From Eledone cirrhosa (lineage: Eukaryota), in NCBI GenBank assembly GCA_964016885.1, contig OZ024741.1, positions 208,506,001 to 208,570,000 on the forward strand: a stretch of DNA of 64,000 nt. The letters are read 5' to 3'. Positions within the stretch are counted from its first letter, which is position 1; every line of letters begins with the position of its first letter. The position numbers were made by a program, and so were the translations under genes. The notes under the pieces are model-generated. The model did not search any database. It was not told the DNA's origin and saw only the letters and a program-made list of their open reading frames with translations. Positions 13,716 through 25,592 of the stretch are shown piece after piece.

Positions 13716-13895
13716 AATAAATTGAGGGGACGGGCGAGTTAGAATTGGAAAAAATATCTTTAGATAAAAATAATAGATTTGAGATTGGGCATATTGAAGG
13801 TCTTTATTGATAATATACAGATTTTGGTTTTGTTTCATTGACAAGCCTGATGAGCAGATCGAGCTGAGGTCGAGTGTATATTATTTACATGGATA

Positions 13896-14082
13896 GGCGG
13901 TGGATTGGCAGTATCGGTAGAGGATCGGACGCCATGGTTTGTAGCAAAGATTTACGGCCCTTTATGATTTGAGTTCAAATCCCGCCGAGGTTAACTTTGC
14001 CTTTCATCCTTACGGGGTCGATAAAATAAAGTACCAGTAATACACTGAGATAATTGCTGGCCTTGTGCCAAAAGTAGAAACA
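13896..14082 (+). mobile_element. tRNA-derived SINE family A, full length, 15-bp TSD
   Basis: A-box-like TGGCAGTATCGG and B-box GAGTTCAAATCC; TSD ATTATTTACATGGAT at 13880-13894 and 14083-14097. Confidence 0.9.
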
Positions 14083-14188
14083 ATTATTTACATGGATCCT
14101 GAGCCACCCATCTGTGAAACGGTCGTAAATGTGTATAATCAATAAAGACGATAATGTGAAACCACGTTTTGTTTTTAATATATATATA

Positions 14189-14273
<85 letters not shown>

Positions 14274-14337
14274 GAATAATCGAGAATCGGAAAATCAGCT
14301 TACGAAATCACGATAAACAATATCCGACATGTGTGGC

Positions 14338-14391
<54 letters not shown>

Positions 14392-14595
14392 TATCGCCGT
14401 ATTTTGACTAAAGAAATTAAAGAAATTATTTAGCCTGATTTAGCTTGACGTGCATGTAAGTCAATACTCATCTTTTTCCATTTCTCCGAGGGTTCTTAAC
14501 CCCACTATCAGGCTAAATAATTTCTTTAGTCAAAATACGGTGATAGTTTATATTTCTAATAATTTCAAACCAACTCGGTGTTTCGAAAATATGCT

Positions 14596-14648
<53 letters not shown>

Positions 14649-16103
14649 GGTTCAAGAGTAACCAATCTTAAAGAGAGAGATGGAGATAGTAGAGGAGATA
14701 TGAGAGGAGAGATTGGTGAGTTAGTTAGAAGCCAACGCGTAAAGGCATGTGCTCAATGTGCAATATGCAGTAAAAAGCAGCTAGGTGGCTGGGTTCATGC
14801 AGAAGTTAGGTGCGCAGAACTGGAAATATTCATTAGTTAAGCAAAACAAGACCACAAATTTCACAAGGAAGACATTGTTAAAAGATTGTCAACATATTTT
14901 AGTTTGATGTAAGGAATGTAGAGAATAATAATAATAATATTAATAATAATAATGTCCGTTTACAATTGTTTCGCTACTCCATATAATATTTCTGGATCAG
15001 ATGACTATATATCATAATTGATCTGGTTCATTTGAAAATAATTAACATATTTAAAAAACAGAGTGGCTCATCGGAACTTCAAAGGAATATAAATTAAAAT
15101 AATGGGATAATGTTACATAATATAACGTTACATATATTGGTTTTTACTATGGTGTCTTGGTTGCATCAGTTGTCAGCCATAATCAAGCAGTATTCATCTG
15201 TCGAGGCTGCATTGTGTGAGATCTGCCTATGGGTAACAAGATGGCTGCCAAAGGGCATATTTACCTTACTAATTAGAAGGTGGTTTCAGGGGAAGTAACT
15301 TCTCGAGAGATTAGAAATTGTGGGTGTTTATAGTTAAGTGTTAATTTTTAAATTTTTTTAATTGAGAGACAATATAGGGGAGGTAACTTATAATTATCGA
15401 GTTGTTCATAGCAATTTAACTTATTAGCTACAAGTAAAAATGGGGCTATATGACTAAATCGGGTCAAAGATTCTATTGGCGAAGGAATTAGCCCTTCGAT
15501 GTTGACAGCTAATGGTTACCTCCGTTCTATCGTTAATAGGTAGAGGTCGTGATAGAGTTATGTAATATGCTTCCGTAATACAGAGATCACAATATTTTCT
15601 TCGTCCATTGAACGGTTGGGCCCTAGCCACGATATCCCATTTTATTATTAATATTATTATTATTATTAATATTATTATTATTATTCTCTACATTCCTTAC
15701 ATCAAACTAAAATATTTTATTTTATTTATTTTTTTACTACCACACGCTGTTTGTCTGACCATGTAGTTTCATTAATATATGTCTGTATGTCAACCACGTA
15801 AATATATTTTGTAATATTTTGTGATATTTTGGTAATATTTATGCCAATGTAAAATGAATTGACCTCCGTGTATTTGTTACAATGGTATAGATATTTCTTC
15901 AACACAATTTTTTCAACACAATTTAGTTCTATATGATTTTTTCTTACCCTGTGTAAAACTTTATACTATTTGTTAACCTTAAATTATACGTATGATGTAA
16001 TTTTGTATATCTTTTGATGCCAATATATTATAATATTGTTATTATAATGTTATTATAATGTTTCTATATTGTTTATGCACACTGACAGGGAATTATATAT
16101 TAT

Positions 16104-16320
16104 ATTTTATTTTTATTTTTATTTTTATTTTTATTTATATTTTTATTTTTAATTTTATTTTTATTTTTATTTTTATTTTATTTTTATTTTTATTTTTATT
16201 TTTATTTTTATTTTTATTTTTATTTTTATTTTTATTTTTATTTTTATTTTTATTTTTATTTTTATTTTTATTTTTATTTTTATTTTTATTTTTATTTTTA
16301 TTTTTATTTTTATTTTTATC
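16104..16320 (+). repeat. (TTTTTA)n hexanucleotide microsatellite
   Basis: Direct reading. Confidence 0.95.
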
Positions 16321-16709
16321 TTTATTATATTATACTGTAAACAATATATATATATATATATTTAAATACTTAATAAGTGTTAGTTTGTATTTGTACTAAT
16401 GTGTATATGTATAGAGATATATGTATATATATACATATATTAATCTTTTTATCATCACCATCTATTTATTATATTATACTCGCATTATATTACCATTTGT
16501 GTTTCAAGTTTTAGCATTATACAATATTTGCAGTGTGGGTTCAACATGTTAATCACTTCCTTGCTATTTGGTCCATATCTATGTTTGTAACTGCTCACTC
16601 TTAATCTTGGACAACTTTTCCTTGATATCTTTCCTAAGCATTAATATACCCTATATTCTTCTGAGTTTTTGGCTGGTATTGGCCGATAGTGCTTCTTGTA
16701 GCTTTACTT

Positions 16710-16747
16710 GCCCTGATGAGTCCTTAATAGGACGAAACATTGTTGGC
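16710..16747 (+). ncRNA. Minimal type I hammerhead ribozyme, canonical core
   Basis: GCC-CTGATGA-GTCCT(taat)AGGAC-GAAAC-ATT-GTT-GGC; AATAAA immediately downstream at 16749. Confidence 0.88.
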
Positions 16748-16814
16748 TAATAAAGACTTTTGATGTATTGAAGGCTTCTTTGGTTTATTTTTCATAATAC
16801 ATATATATATATAC

Positions 16815-17232
16815 ATATACGATATTAACAAATGGAAACTATATTTATAAAACCATATCTATTTTATTATACATATTTCAAGGATACCATCATAAATTAT
16901 GGTATGCTTTCATCAAACAAAATACAATATATACCAGTTTTATAAATAAATTTTAACATACCCTTTCAAAATGCAACCGTTACTTTTGGAAGACATCAGG
17001 ATATCCTGATGTCTTTATTTATAAAACTGGTATATATTGTATTTTGTCTGATGAAAGCATACCATAATTTAACATGGTATCCTTGAAATATGTATAATAA
17101 AATAGATATGGTTTTATAAATATAGTTTCCATTTGTTAATATCGTATATTTACTCCAAATACTTGTCGAGTGCTTTATATCAGTTATAAAAAATATTTGC
17201 TTGTTGTATCCCAACAATTTAAATAGAACGTT

Positions 17233-17236
<4 letters not shown>
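16815..17236. mobile_element. Head-to-head pair of PLE pseudo-LTRs (same family as 43940-44177), each with an HHR motif
   Basis: 16815-16950 is inverted relative to 17014-17149; intact HHR 17040-17104 (+): TATTTTGT-CTGATGA-AAG…CTT-GAAA-TATGTATA-ATAAAATA; the minus copy has C3>U. Confidence 0.8.
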
Positions 17237-17288
<52 letters not shown>

Positions 17289-17289
17289 C

Positions 17290-17437
<148 letters not shown>

Positions 17438-17747
17438 GTATACATATATATATGCTGACGATAGCTAATAAGCTTGAAACTAGTACAGCGTTCTTTTGTC
17501 AGTTTTGAACAAACGAGCAACGATGGTTGCTAGGCACTACGGCTTAATACGGGATGTTTGTTTACAAACACACCGAGCATTATAATAAATGTTCGGTGAA
17601 TCCATACGTACATATATATATGTGTGCATGTATGTATATATATATACATACTACTGTATGTCTGTATACATATATGTATGTACGTGTACATACTTCTACT
17701 TAAGTAACAGCCGTACTAAGAGTGGGAAATGAAATTTATATATATAT

Positions 17748-17798
<51 letters not shown>

Positions 17799-17879
17799 AA
17801 CGATCGACTTTCGTCAAATCGGACCGAGGGAACAATGTTTCCGTTGGTCTTTCCAATTGCTAATACTATCTATCGGTCG

Positions 17880-18004
17880 CAACTCCAGGTAGAAGGAGCA
17901 ACGTGAAATAAAGTGTCTTGCTCAAGGACATAACGCATCGCCTGGTCCAGGATTCGAACTCACAACCTTACGATTGCGAATCCGATTCTCTAACCACTCA
18001 GCTA
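17880..18004 (-). mobile_element. tRNA-derived SINE family B, 5' part
   Basis: Minus strand TAGCTGAGTGGTTAG (A box)…GAGTTCGAATCC (B box)…GTCCTTGAGCAAGACACTTTA; a related copy lies at ~41458-41542. Confidence 0.75.
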
Positions 18005-18273
18005 TATATATGGGTGTGTGCGTGTGTGTGTGTGTGAATGTATACATATATATGTGTATGAATGTGTGTATATATCATCATCATCAACATTTTACGTCCG
18101 CTTTTCCCCGCTTGCATACATATATATATATATGAATCAGGCCACACATCAATATAGTTATGCGCCCTCTATAAATAGATTATTACAGACCGTAAACTCG
18201 GCGTCTACATTCAGTTCTAATGTATCTAACACCTGGACATGTATATGTGATTCATATTAATATACATATATAC

Positions 18274-18313
<40 letters not shown>

Positions 18314-18668
18314 CGTGTATATGTATGTATATATATATATTTATCTCTATATATATAAAACGGAAGATGTCTGTCTGTGTGTGTGTGTATGATTTTTATG
18401 CATTTCCACATTTCTCTACCGATTTTGATGATTTTTTTCCAATGTGCTCCAAATTTACCAACGATGGTCAACGCGTAATAAACTTTGCCAGAAATGTTCT
18501 GCTTCTATGAAAAACATCGATAAAAGTAAATACATGCTCTAACCCTCTCTCTTACACGCTTAATCCCTTTCTCTACTACCCTCAAATATCGATGAAAGTA
18601 CATGTTGCAACTCTCTTTAAAAGGTTAATCCCTCCCTCTACTACCCTATCACCATTACAGTTTACAGA

Positions 18669-18853
18669 GGGCGGTGGATTGGCAGTATCGGTAGAGGGTC
18701 GGACGCCATGCTTTCCAACATAGTTACGTCCCTTTACGATCTGAGTTCAAATCCCGCCGAGGTTGACTTTGCCTTTCATCCTTACGGGGTCGATAAAATA
18801 AAGTACCAGTAATGCACTGGGTAATTGCTGGCCTTGTGCCTAAAGTAGAAACA
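18669..18853 (+). mobile_element. SINE family A, full length, nested in the Helitron, 13-bp TSD
   Basis: TSD ATTACAGTTTACA at 18654-18666 and 18854-18866. Confidence 0.9.
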
Positions 18854-19199
18854 ATTACAGTTTACAACAGCGACAAATCTTCGTTCAGGAACGCGACATA
18901 AACTTTGAAAACTAAGCAACACATCAATTTATACAACAACAAACATAGTCATAACGACGCTCATACATTAAATAACAAAACTTAAAAAGCCGATAAAACT
19001 AAATACATGCTCCTCTCTCACCATTACATTTTACACCATTACATTTTACATCAAATAACAAATATTCAAAAGCAACAGATGAATTTATACAACAACAAAC
19101 GTAGTCATAACGACGCTTAAGCATTTATTTACTTGAATCTCAACAAAGACATTATATTTTATTGTTGTCCTTCTTGTAAATTTTTTTCTTTGTTTTTAG

Positions 19200-19850
19200 C
19201 AATATGACAAACTCTTCCAGTTGTTCCAAAAGCCACCAGGGCTGACACTCTGGGGGCTTGCCTTAAGTCATCTCCCCTGTGGCAGGATGTGACAATTCTG
19301 ACCCTCACAACAAATATGAGAGCCCAACTGCTCGGCGACCACTCATCAGCCGACTTCTCGAAGGACCTCTTAACAGTTGGTGACGGCACTGCACCTTCAG
19401 ATGCAGCTGGAGAAATGGCAGTCTCGCAAGTAAGCACCGTTGTTGACACTGTTGACGACCTCACAGCCTCTGTCTTTCCCGATATGGCAATCAACTACAA
19501 AAACACGAGTTGGCTATGCGATAGAGCCATATTGGCTCCCAAAAATATCTCCGTTGCAAAAAACAATGAGGACCTTCTGCAACGCATTCCTGGAAACCTC
19601 CGTACCTACAAATTTGTGGACAAAGTTGTGGACAAAGATGAGGTTGACGATTTTCTCACAGAATTCCTCAATTTGTTGGACCTCTCTGGACTGCCAACTC
19701 ATGAACTGCGCGTCAAAGTTGGGACTCCAGTCATCTGTGCTTCTCACACGGCCAATTATACGTCGCATGCTCAAGAGTGGGATGCCACAGAACTTATTCA
19801 TACTTGCGCCCAAAGGCAGAACAAAAAATGTGGTCTACAGAGGTGTGATT
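19200..19850 (+). pseudogene. Helitron Rep/Hel PIF1-helicase fragment
   Basis: LKSSPLW…LTTNMRA…LLTVGDG…WLCDRAILAPKN…EFLNLLDLSGLPTHELRVKVGTPVI, then after a deletion …TKNVVY. Confidence 0.88.
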
Positions 19851-20300
19851 CCTCTATTCACCCCCACTACAGTCTTGCCGGTCTGACATATGGTGAGTAG
19901 ATGCTATTGTTGTATATTTTCAAACTTACCCGTATTTAGTTTCTTTGACTATTGAGTGGAATTATTAAGAGTACTTTAAAATAATTAAACTCCGAGCAAC
20001 GCCGGGCACTTCTGCTAGTATTTATATAATATATTCATACATATATATGTATGTAAGTATCTGTATATATTTATTTGAATGTACATTAATATGTTTGTGT
20101 GTATGTTTCTGAGTGTGTGTGTGCGCGCGCACGTAGCTGGATATTATAACTTCATTGGTACAAATCAAAGGTATCAATTGACGTCTGCAAGCATGCGACA
20201 GCCATGTGGAACGAACCATACTAAATCCCCTGTTAATTAAAAAGACAGTTCGTTAGTGTACATTACGAGTTGGGGTGATATATAGCTATTTTGCTACGTG

Positions 20301-20350
<50 letters not shown>

Positions 20351-22234
20351 AATATATAGATATGTATATATACATAAATATATATATATATATATACACA
20401 CACACAAGCACATATATTGACCGAATCTCTGTGTAATTTGGTAACTTGAAATTCTGACGCTGGAGATATGTTTATGTGTGTATATTTGTGTATACATATG
20501 CGTGGGTGTGTATGTATGTGTGTATTTGTGTGTGCGAGTTTGTGTGTCTATGTGTGTCTATGTGTGTATATGCGTTTATATATGTATGTATATGTGTATA
20601 TTGTGTATATATGCGTGTGTGTGTTTGTGTCTGTTTGTGTGTATTTGTGCGTGCGCGTTTTTTTCTGTATTTGTGTGTCTATGTGTGTCTATGCGTTTAT
20701 ATATGTATGTATATATGTATATATATATATGTGTGTGTGTGTAAAAAGATTAAAAGTAACAACGAAATTCAATAAATAAATTCAGAGATAAATAGAGCCA
20801 GAGAAAAAAAGACAGAAAGTATGAAAAAATGTAACAATAGGAATGCCCCCTAATATCAGGGTAGATGTCCGTCGACCCGTTGTTACAGAAGTCTTTATGT
20901 TATACATGTAAATGGCGGCTACAAAGGACGTACCCGTCTGCACCCTGGCTAGATAAGAAGCTGGGCGTGGGTAATTAGTGACGTGGCGGGTACAGCTGTC
21001 ATTGCTATTAGTCCCCTGCTGGGCTAACTTTATTATTCAAATTACTGTCCATGATGATAGAGCAGTCTCTACTCCTTCGTCGTTGTCGTTGCTCTATATG
21101 AAATAACCAGGCGGCTGAGCTAATGGCGGAGTGCCTATCAGGTCGAATTAGCTGCTAGAAATAAAGACAAATCTTATTCAAATCACAACCCTACTTTCTT
21201 TAAACTTTTCATGCCAAAGCACCTGAAACCATTCCTGTTTCTTTGATACAAAACAGGTTGTTTTAAAATTTATATAAAAACCTTTTCAACCTTTATTAAG
21301 TTTAATTATTTTTAAACACCAGCCTTATAATGAGAAAGTTAGTTATTTTACTAAATCCTTTCAAATTCTTTATTTTCATAGGAAATGCCTTTTATTGGAA
21401 ATATGCTAAAAAAGATGTTTCAAACGGAAAGGATGTATTAAACAGAATACACTTCGATAAACCTCTAAGAAGAGGCAATGGTTGAAGTTGGAATGGATAT
21501 TATCATAATATGCATGTTCAGAGTTCACCTACTGTTAAAAATAAGCTCACATACGCAAACACGCACATATAAATACATGCATAAAAGAAGTGTCTATGAT
21601 TCGAGTAATTTCGGTCATGACTACTGTCTTTTTAACACACACACGCATATTTGTCTCAATAGACACCTGAACTGTTGACCTTTCAACATGACTGCAATTC
21701 ACACACACATCCCTACTGACCATTATCACAACAATGAACCTCTTTACTACACACACACATATTTGTCTTAATAAACTTATTTTTCAGTGACTTCTCAATC
21801 AGGTGAAAATGGACACTCTTCGATAAACCTACATTTGGCGCAAAATCATTTTTTAACATTCACGTGACCCCTACCGACTAATCAAAATTGTTTTGACTAC
21901 AAGAATTTTTGCAACACGAATTGGCGCGAAATTTATAGTACTCATTCACGTGACATTCAACAACCAACCAAATCTTAATACCTCTGGAGCCACTTTTTTC
22001 ACATAAAACAGGTAGAATTTCCAAAACTGATCAGATTAGAGCAAACATCACGAGCGCTCTATCTCAAAATTATTTTTGAAAAGCATTAGAAATGCGCAAC
22101 CGGTAAAAACTTAAAACTAAAACTGAATACTAACCAATACGTATTACTAATTTATACTTATTCCTAATTAAACTATTTTTCACTGGGAAAAATTTGTCAG
22201 CATTTTCTTTTCCTTTTACTAATATATATATATA

Positions 22235-22688
22235 TAAATGTAATCTGAGTTTTTCGAATATTAATAATTGTTTCTACTTTTGGCACAAGGCCAGCAATTA
22301 CCCAGTGTATTACAGGTACTTTATTTTATCGACCCCGCAAGGATGAAAGGCAAAGTTAACCTCGGCGGGATTTGAACTCAGACTATAAAGGGCCGTAACT
22401 ATGCTGGAAAGCATGGCGTCCAACCTTCTACCGATACTGCCATTTCACCGCCCTTTCGAATATTAATAATAATATTAAATTCGTTTGCAATTATGCAAGC
22501 AGCCTCTTTTTTTAAAGCCATGTCAGTAGAATGAGCCCCTTATTCTTGCTCTTGTGTTGGCATGTAAACAGAACTGCAGAAACTAATGTTTCTAGGTATT
22601 ACCCTTCATCAGTGCAGTTCACTCTTCACTTGCACGATTGCAAACGAATCGAATATTATTAATATTCGAATAATTCAGATTACATTTA
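22235..22688. mobile_element. MITE-like element with ~55-bp inverted repeats, left arm interrupted by a SINE
   Basis: 22235-22268 + 22471-22491 is the reverse complement of 22637-22688 (TAAATGTAATCTGA…TTCGAATATTAATAATATT…ATTCGTTTGCAAT). Confidence 0.6.
22269..22453 (-). mobile_element. SINE family A, full length, 17-bp TSD
   Basis: TSD TTTCGAATATTAATAAT at 22252-22268 and 22454-22470. Confidence 0.9.
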
Positions 22689-23210
22689 TTGTATTCAGCC
22701 ATGTAGAGCGATAACTTTTTTTTATATAATTTGTTTTTATTTATTATATATATGTAGGGAGATTTTACATAATGAAAGCTATACCCATTTTCACAAGAGA
22801 AGACATCTCTCAGCCACACCAAAGTGGGTGGGAGATCTCCCCGTCGGACGGGGAGAGTTGACAGGTCTGCAGATGTATAAAGAAAAAATATTGAAGAGAA
22901 AATAAAACTAAAAGTCAAAGAAGGGTAGAAATATAATGTAAATTAATGAAGCAGGTCCAAATATGGAAGATGTTGGGTGTTGTAGAGTAGGACTAATGAC
23001 TATAGGACATAACAACAACAACAAGAGTAGCAACAACAACAAAACAACAAAATGAAATTGAAAACATGTCTGATATTGTAATACACATATATAAACACAC
23101 ACACACAAAACCATGTACATGTATGTGTGTTGCAGGAGGAAGTATGTATATACATATATAATATATATATATTATATATGTGTGTTGAAGAATGAAGTAT
23201 GTATATACAC

Positions 23211-23271
<61 letters not shown>

Positions 23272-24336
23272 CGCGCGTTGTGTGCGTGTGTGTGTGTTTG
23301 TGTACATACAAATACATAAATATGTGTATACAAAATTTAGCACACATAGATCTGATCAGAGAACAGAGTCCAACCATGTAATAATTAATACATTACATTA
23401 AGAGTTGTCTTCTCTTTGTCTGATCTCCTGATATGAAAATGAGCTTTTATCCATTTTCTTTTTCTTTTTTTTCGGCGTAGGTGGAGGCAGGAAAGAGATG
23501 TCCTTTTTCTTTTTGTTATTTTTTTCTTATGTTTCCTACCTTCCTCCCATATTATCCTACCCCTCCCATAACTCATTGTTGAACAGACGACATGTGTCTG
23601 TTAACAACATTGCAGCCGACAATTTTCTACTCATTTTGATTATAATCTCATCAACATCTCGCTGTCATCTCGCTGTCATCTCGCCATCCAGTTTACCCTA
23701 AACAGCATGTGTTCATATATTAGGCATTCCATACTCCGTACCACTACAAGCTACATTGACTCACATTCACCCACTACTAGTATTACCACCATGACCACCA
23801 CCACCACCGCCGCCGCCGCGGTCACCAGATAATTACTTAATCTATAAACATTTTTATTTTTATTTATTTTGGAATTTCACAGAATCCCCGTCGACGGGTT
23901 AGAGACTTGATTCACTTCGGAATACTGCAAACATGATATGCACACACACACACTCACTCACACACGCACGCACACGCACACACATGAATACACACACATA
24001 CACACGTAAGGGTGACGCATGGTGCATAGGAAAACAAAAGTGCGTATGTGTTTATTCAATTTTATAGAAATAGTAACGAAATCTCACACTAATCAAAATG
24101 TGGTTCTGGTGAATCCTCCGTCGACTTCGACGATGAGCATTTATGTGGTTGATTCACTGTCCACTCGGCTCGTTAAATTAACGTGTAGATTGAATGAGTA
24201 TTGGCTGTGTTCCCTTAACGTAATTATATGATGTTTACGATACATTCAATACCGAATACTCTCTTTTTATTTGTCTTCTTCACACTTCCGTCGTCACACC
24301 ACCCCTCTCTCTCTGTATATATATATATATATATGT

Positions 24337-24409
<73 letters not shown>

Positions 24410-24699
24410 TGCTGAAATCACAACAGGATGGTAAAACATGACCAGCAACATGTTCCCATATATATTACCTCGCATACTCAGGTGTGTGTCTGTGGAATTT
24501 GTAAACATTGAATATTCATCAATTAAGTCAGAAGTCAAAATTTGAATTTCTTGAGTTCCACTGAATCCAAAATGAATGCTTAACTTAAAATAATAGAAAT
24601 TCCGGGTTTGGGAGGAAGTCTGGATAAGCACACAACACTCAGCAGTTTGAAACAGCGACAGGTTGTTACAGTCAAGGATGGTGTGTAGCACCATATCAT

Positions 24700-25098
24700 A
24701 TACAAATGTTGGACTATTGTTTGGGCCTGCCCTAAACAGATGTAGGACTACTGTGTTTGTTAGGGGTTACGATAAACAAATGTAAGGTCACTGTGTTTGA
24801 TCGAGGTCACAATATACAGGTGTAGGACTATTGTATTTGTTCGGGGTTACTGTATACAGATATTGGACCTCTGTATTTTTTCGGGGTCGCAGTAAACTGG
24901 TGTAGGATTACTGCATTTGTTCCGGGTCACAGTAAACAGGTGTAGGACTACTGTATTTGTTCCGGGTCACAGTAAACAGGTGTAGAACTACTGCATTTGT
25001 TCCGGGCCACAGTAAACAGGTGTAGAACTACTGTATTTGTTCCGGGTCACAGTAAACAGGTGTAGAACTACTGCATTTGTTCCGGGCCACAGTAAACA
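24700..25098. repeat. 40-bp minisatellite, ~10 copies
   Basis: Unit TAAACAGGTGTAGRACTACTGYATTTGTTCCGGGYCACAG; degenerate on the left, near-perfect on the right. Confidence 0.92.
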
Positions 25099-25592
25099 CA
25101 GCATTTTATCAAGAGATCGTGGAATACGCCATACGTCTACCAGCTGATAGGTTATTTGTAGGTGCACATCTAAAAATGACGGGAAGGCCATATGTCTGGT
25201 CAGTCAGGGTTGAGCTAAATAACAACAACAACAAAAGTTGCATCGACAACAGCAGCAATTGTAACAATAGGAACAACAACAGAGGCATTGCAATCGATCC
25301 TTTTATCTCACTGGCCGGTCTGATCGCAGCCAAAACCAAAAACAGCAACAACAACTGTAGTAACAACAACAACATTCACATAACAACTGTAACAACAAAA
25401 ACAATAACAACAACTGTAGTAACAACATCCACATAACAACTGTAACAACAATAACAATAACAATATCATCGTAAAAACAAACAACGGGCTTAATAAGATA
25501 TCAAACTGGAATTGTCTGCACTAAATGTAAAACTGACCGATAGACACACACACACTCATTGTCTTGGTTTCTGTCTTGTTATCTATCTCTCT

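Larger units (their letters stand above)
14840..16800. mobile_element. Rearranged Penelope-like element (Naiad-like, tentative): EN C-terminus on minus, inverted 3' region with HHR on plus
   Basis: 15454-15645 (-) encodes IKWDIVARAQPFNGRRKYCDLCITEAYYI…INDRTEVTISCQHR, homologous to the end of the 41949-42551 ORF; ~14893-14950 is inverted relative to ~15655-15715; HHR plus AATAAA at 16710-16754. Confidence 0.7.
18344..20018 (+). mobile_element. Internally deleted Helitron
   Basis: A|TC start at 18344, subterminal CCGAGCAACGCCGGG hairpin and CTAG|T end at 20015-20019; internal PIF1 helicase fragment. Confidence 0.85.

Noticed and set aside
13840-13875. CCTGATGAG core-like string
   Set aside because: No stem II or GAAA follows.
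13896-14082. SINE heads as tRNA genes
   Set aside because: A/B boxes are present but there is no full cloverleaf; the copies have shared bodies, tails and TSDs typical of SINEs.
22790-22866. GC-richer AG…GT bounded segment as a possible micro-exon
   Set aside because: Weak splice signals and no recognisable peptide; cannot be supported without transcripts.
24224-24694. 156-aa minus-strand ORF as a possible host exon
   Set aside because: No recognisable domain, runs into a (CA)n repeat, and no supported splice pattern.
24700-25098. CRISPR-like regular repeat
   Set aside because: Units are contiguous with no unique spacers, there are no cas genes, and the context is eukaryotic.
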